From: Piromyces finnis finn
Taxonomy: Eukaryota > Fungi > Neocallimastigomycota
Reading direction: 5' to 3'
DNA length: 64,000 bases
NCBI GenBank assembly: GCA_002104945.1
Contig: MCFH01000002.1
Span: forward strand, 124,001 to 188,000
Below, piece after piece: positions 58,429 through 64,000 of the stretch (positions within the stretch are counted from its first letter, which is position 1; each line of letters opens with the position of its first letter). The notes beneath the pieces are model-generated. The model worked only from the letters and a program-made list of their open reading frames with translations. It was not told where the DNA came from and ran no database searches. The translations under genes and the position numbers were made by a program.

Positions 58429-60168
58429 TTTTTTTCTTTTAATAGTAAATATATTAAAATTATTTTTAAATTAATATTATATATTATAAAATTATCAAAT
58501 CTCGTTAATATCTATTCTTATATGTAAATGTTATGGAATATATATATGCGTATAATATTCTTAAAAAAAAAACAATAATATATTTATTATTTATATAGAT
58601 CAAATTTATATAATTATTGAAGAATATATATTACAAACTATTTTATATTTAAATTTGTTATTTTTGTAATCATAATCATGTAAATGAACAATAAATTATA
58701 AATTTATCTGTTTTATTAATTTAATTCTAAAAGTTATTATTAATAATAAAAAAGCTCTTATAAGCTATTTCTATAAGTTTTTTTAAATATATAATATATA
58801 TATAAATATTCGACTATTATTATTATTATTATTATTATTTTTTTTTTTTTTTTAATTTTTTTTATTAATTATAAAGGAAGACCATTTAATATATTTATTT
58901 CAATTAGATATATTAATTCAAATTTAAGAAATTGAAAGTAATGATCTTAATTAATTATACTCTTCGTTTATTATATTATAAAAATATAGTATATATATAA
59001 TTATCTTTTACATTTTAAATAAATTTAAACATACCTTCTGTTTTACTTTATAACTAAAAATCTTTAAATTTTTTTTTTTTATTATTTAATAAAAAAAAAT
59101 TTAAATATGCTTTTTATTAATGAAATAATTTTAAAATTATAACAATAATTAAAGGATTAAATTAATTTATTCTTATTAAAATTTTATTAATATATATTTG
59201 AAATAATTATTATTAATTATTATATTATTATATTTAGAGAATACTATAATAATTCTATTCAAATTTTAAGTGAATAATCCATTTTTCATTTTTAATTAAG
59301 AAATATATAATAATATATTATTTATATTTAATATAAGCTTTTATTTTTTATTGAATAAATTATATATTTTATTTTTTGAAAAGAATATTTTGGTTTATTT
59401 ATTTATCAAAATCAAAATAAAAATATTTACTTTATGAAATAAACATATTTATTTTGACTAACTTTCAAAAATATTTCATTTTTGTTAAATATATATATAT
59501 ATATATAGAAGATTATAATAATAAAAAATAATATAAAATAATTACATGATAATTTTCAATAAAATATAAAATTTATTAAGCAAATATTACTAGGGTTAGA
59601 ATTATATTAAAGTAAATGATTGTTTTATATATAAATATTTAAAGACATAGCAAATAATATTATATATAATATCATAATTATAGGAAGAAATTATTATTAA
59701 CTATTTTAAATTAAAATAATAATGACAATAATTAAATTTTACATAATTCCATATATAATAACTTATTTATTTTATATATAATTTTTTTAAAAAAAATTAA
59801 TAGTTATTTTATTATTATGTTATTATTATGTTAAATATATTATGCATTTTGCATAATGTAATATAAAAAATAATAAATGCGTCAAAATAAAGATGTACAA
59901 ATGTTTTAAATGTAATAACATTATATAAATATAAATCAAACATGATGTTAAAATAATATGCAATAGACATATTTTATAATTATTATTTCTAAAAAGTAAA
60001 AAAAAAAAAAAAACTATAAGTATAAATAAAAAATATTAATGTCCAAAACTGTGCTATTATTATTGTGATTAAAAGATAAAAAATATTAATTGATTTTCTG
60101 TATTATCAAAAATAATATATATTACTATATATCGACTGAAATATTTGGTTTGAATTAATTATTATAAT

Positions 60169-60582
60169 TTAGTGATAAGTTCCCAAAACATACCAAGAAA
60201 AATTTGATTCTATAAATTTTAGACTAATCCATAATATACTACTGAAAAATATATTATTGACTTTATTACTAACATTTATGACATTGCGATAATTATATGA
60301 AGATAAATGCTCAAATATAGCAATTTGGTTCATATCATTTGCATTGTTATAATTTAGTTTTGCAAAAAAAATAATAATTCCAATCATAATAAACTAAAAA
60401 AATTCGGTATATAATAATTATTGATAATTATTGATTTATTTTTATAAATCCATAATAATTATTTTGGTATATAAATATTATAAAAATTAGTAAAACACCA
60501 AAAATGTTAATTTATTTTCATCACTTAAATTATTTATAATATTAAATATTAATAAGTAATATTTTTTCAAATAATAATAATA

Positions 60583-60620
<38 letters not shown>

Positions 60621-61058
60621 TCTATTGATAAATACTCTTAAATATATTAATAAAATCCATAATAATGTAATAGCAATTGAATTACTATTTTTTTCCATTC
60701 TAACTTTATCTTCTTTATGTTGTATAATCATTTTTTCAACTGCGGCTTTTTCAATTCTAAACATAAATAAAGAATTATTGAATTTCCTAACTCTGTATAT
60801 TTTGAGATGTTTTTTTAAAATACTTTTATTTTTAATAACAAGAGCAATTAAATTAATAACTGCCACAGACAAACACATAATTGTTAATGTAATAATGATT
60901 TTTAAGAGGGATGCATTATACTCTGTGAAATAGTGACTATAAGTATTTTTAATTTTTTTTGAAGAAGTTAAGGATACTGCATTAATTAATTGATATATAC
61001 CAAGTCCAATATCCATTAAACAAAAAAACAATACAACAATATCGAATGATGATCTCAT
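60169..61058 (-). CDS. Small multi-pass membrane protein of unknown function (gene model uncertain)
   Basis: Exon 61058-60636 (GT donor) joins in frame to an exon starting at 60393 (AG acceptor). At least three hydrophobic segments; 3' end unresolved. Confidence 0.4.
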
Positions 61059-62039
61059 TTTGTAACTAATTAAAAGATATCACTTATTTTTTAGAAAAAA
61101 TAATATAATTTGATTATTTACTGCATTAGTATATTATTTAAAATTTTTTTTACCATCAAATAAATATAATATAATTAAAATTTTAAATAATTAAATATAA
61201 AATCTAAAAAATTATATACTTTAATAATTAAAAATTTTATCATATTATCAATTAAATAGTGAATATAATTTAATTTATTTGATGCTAATTAGAAATAAAA
61301 TTTTCAGATCGTATTTGTTTTTAAAACAGGACTAGATAATCTATTCATTATGAATTTTTTTTTTGTATAAATATATATTTCTTATTTGTTATATTTCATG
61401 GTTAAGTAATACACATATATACATATATAATCTAGATAATATGTATGATTTAGGAAAATTCTGTTTATAATTTTGTTTTAATAAAATTATTTTAAAGTAA
61501 AATTTTTTATTAATAGAATATTTTATATACTATTTTTTTTTTTATGTTTAATTATTGTTATTTTTACTTTTTTTTTATTTTAAGCATATATTAAAAAATA
61601 CATTATTTATCAAACTTTCGTTTTAACAAATATAAATAATAAAATTCACATAACTGAAATATTTTATGGTATTAATAATTATAGAACTTTAATTGAAATA
61701 TTTCAATTTTTTTTTTTTTTTTTTTTTTTGGTAATGATACAAATTTTATTTATGTAATAATATATTTAAAATTAGAAAAAAGAAAATAAAGTAAGATAAT
61801 GAAATATAGTAAATAAAATTAATATAAGTACATATAATGTGAAACTATAAAACTTTTAAATATCTATTATTTATAAATATCTAAATTTTAATAGCAATTA
61901 AAATTTATGTAAGAAATATTAATTATTATAGTTTTAACATCTATTATTTCTAAAGGCTTTTTTTTTTTTTTATTTTATTTTATTTTATTTCATTTTTTTA
62001 TATTACCATTTTTTTACAATATATATTTAATAACTGAAA

Positions 62040-64000
62040 ATGACTGATATAAACGCTAATCGTAACTATTAAATTAAACATTATTATTTTATTTGTAAAA
62101 ATAAATAAATGGAAGCAATAAAGAAATATTATAATTATAAAACGAAATTTATGTTAAATAATAATAATATATATAATTAAATAGTTCTCGAATCCAAGTT
62201 TAACCACATTTTAAAGAAGGAAGAAATTACTGAATTATATAAGCATTTTAATGGCCTTGACTCAGATGGCAATGGTAAATAATAATAATAATAATAATAA
62301 ATTAAAAACTGAATATATTTTTTAAAAAAATTTTATTTAATAATAAAATAAATAAATTAATGAAATCAATTATAATATAAAGGATATATTACATATGAAC
62401 AAGTTCAAAATGTTTTAAGTCAGGTAACTAATTATATCATATTTTTAGTATATGATAATAAAAGACAAATAAATTAAAAATATTTTTATATGTTAAATAA
62501 AAACTATAGTTTGGTGAAAATGTTGATGTTGAATATATTCAAAAAGGTTTTGAAGATCTTAGTATTAGAACTGAAGGTGAAGCTAGATTTGAAGAAGTTT
62601 TAGCTGTAAATTTTTTAATTTGATACCTAATATAAATATAATATGTTATTTAATAGAATACAATTAAATTATTTACAAATTTTAATAAATATATATATTG
62701 ATTAAATCAATATAGTTAGCTAAGAGTCTTCGTGAAAGTCATATGGATAAGAAAAAGGTTGTTCTTCAAGGTTCAGGAACTGGAATTACTCATGTTATTA
62801 ATAATGATGAAAAAGAACAATTTGTTGAACATATTAATATGCAATTAAAGAACGACCCACATATTGGTGATAGATTCCCAATTGATGAATATTCTATGGA
62901 TATTTTTGAACAATGCAAAGGTTAATATTTATATAGATAATAAATAACTGTAATAGTAAGAATTATAAAATATTAAATCAAATATTATTATTTTTATTTT
63001 GATAAATAGATGGTTTAATTTTATCAAAGTTAATTAATGATTCAGTACCAGATACTATTGATGATCGTGTTCTTAACTATCCAAAGAATGGAAAACCATT
63101 AAACCAATTCCATATTACTGAAAATAATAATGTTGTTATTAACTCATGTAAGGCTATTGGATGTAATGTTGTTAATATTGGTTCTGTTGATTTAGCCGAA
63201 GGTCGTCCACACTTAATTTTAGGTTTATTATGGCAAATTATTAAGATTGGTCTTTCTGCCAAAATTGACATTGCTGTTCATCCAGAATTGTTCAGACTTT
63301 TGAAAGATGGTGAAAGTCTTGATGAAATGCTAAAATTACCAACTGAACAAATCTTAATTAGATGGATGAACTATCATTTAAAGGAATCTGCATATGGTAA
63401 ATCTGTTAATAATCTTTCTTCTGATGTAAAGGTAATAGATATATATAAAAATATGCTTTTGATTGTATTACATTATTAAAGTTTTTTCGAAAAAAAAATA
63501 ATAAAAATAATAATAGGATGGTTTAGCCTACACATATTTATTAAATCAATTAGATCAAGATCAATGCTCACTTGCTCCACTTAACGAACAAGATCCACAT
63601 AAAAGAGCTGAAATGGTAAGTATTTATTTTGTAAATTACTTTTTACAAAAGAAATATTATATGAAATATGCTAATATTTTCTTTAATAACATTAACTAAT
63701 AAAAAAGGTATTAGATAACGCCGAAAAATTAGGATGTAGAAAATATTTAACTCCAAACGCTCTTATTAATGGTAATTCTAAATTAAACTTTGCTTTTGTT
63801 GCTAATCTTTTTAACACTCACCCATGCCTTGCTCCATTAAGTGAAGAAGAAAGAGCTCAACTTGATGAATGGTTATTCAGTAGTTCTGGTGATCGTGAAT
63901 CTAGATGTAATTAATATAGATATTAATATTTATTAAAAGTGGTATAAAAGAAATAAATACCTCAATATTTTTATTAAATTTTTTTTATTTATATTAGCAT
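62040..64000 (+). CDS. SAC6: Fimbrin (actin-bundling EF-hand plus calponin-homology protein), truncated by the window end
   Basis: In-frame exons 62040-62061, 62185-62274, 62383-62423, 62510-62605, 62716-62920, 63010-63431, 63517-63615, 63708-63906. Motifs THVINNDEKEQFVEHIN, DGLILSKLINDSVPDTID, HLILGLLWQII, LNFAFVANLFNTHP. Confidence 0.93.

Overview
Very AT-rich eukaryotic DNA with GT-AG introns and fungal dockerin (CBM10-like) domains, consistent with an anaerobic gut fungus (Neocallimastigomycota). Positions 4.7-23.7 kb hold a five-gene CAZyme cluster: two GH5_7 mannan enzymes, two near-identical GH9 cellulases with three dockerins each, and a GH10-CBM13-dockerin xylanase. After it come a 7-TM protein, a Cys-rich surface protein, a secreted toxin-precursor-like protein and an A-ACP-KS-(vestigial AT) NRPS-like/PKS hybrid. 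Then follow a four-exon TIM9 gene missed by the ORF track, a four-RRM protein, a TMA17/ADC17-like gene, proteasome alpha3 (PRE9), a small membrane protein and fimbrin (cut by the window end). The most striking non-coding signal is a ~534-bp tRNA-Ala-derived SINE-like retroposon. Two young copies differ at 3 positions and each has a poly(A) tail and a 12-bp target-site duplication; one is nested inside an older, head-less copy of the same family. All exon boundaries and alignments were worked out by hand; no database searches were run.
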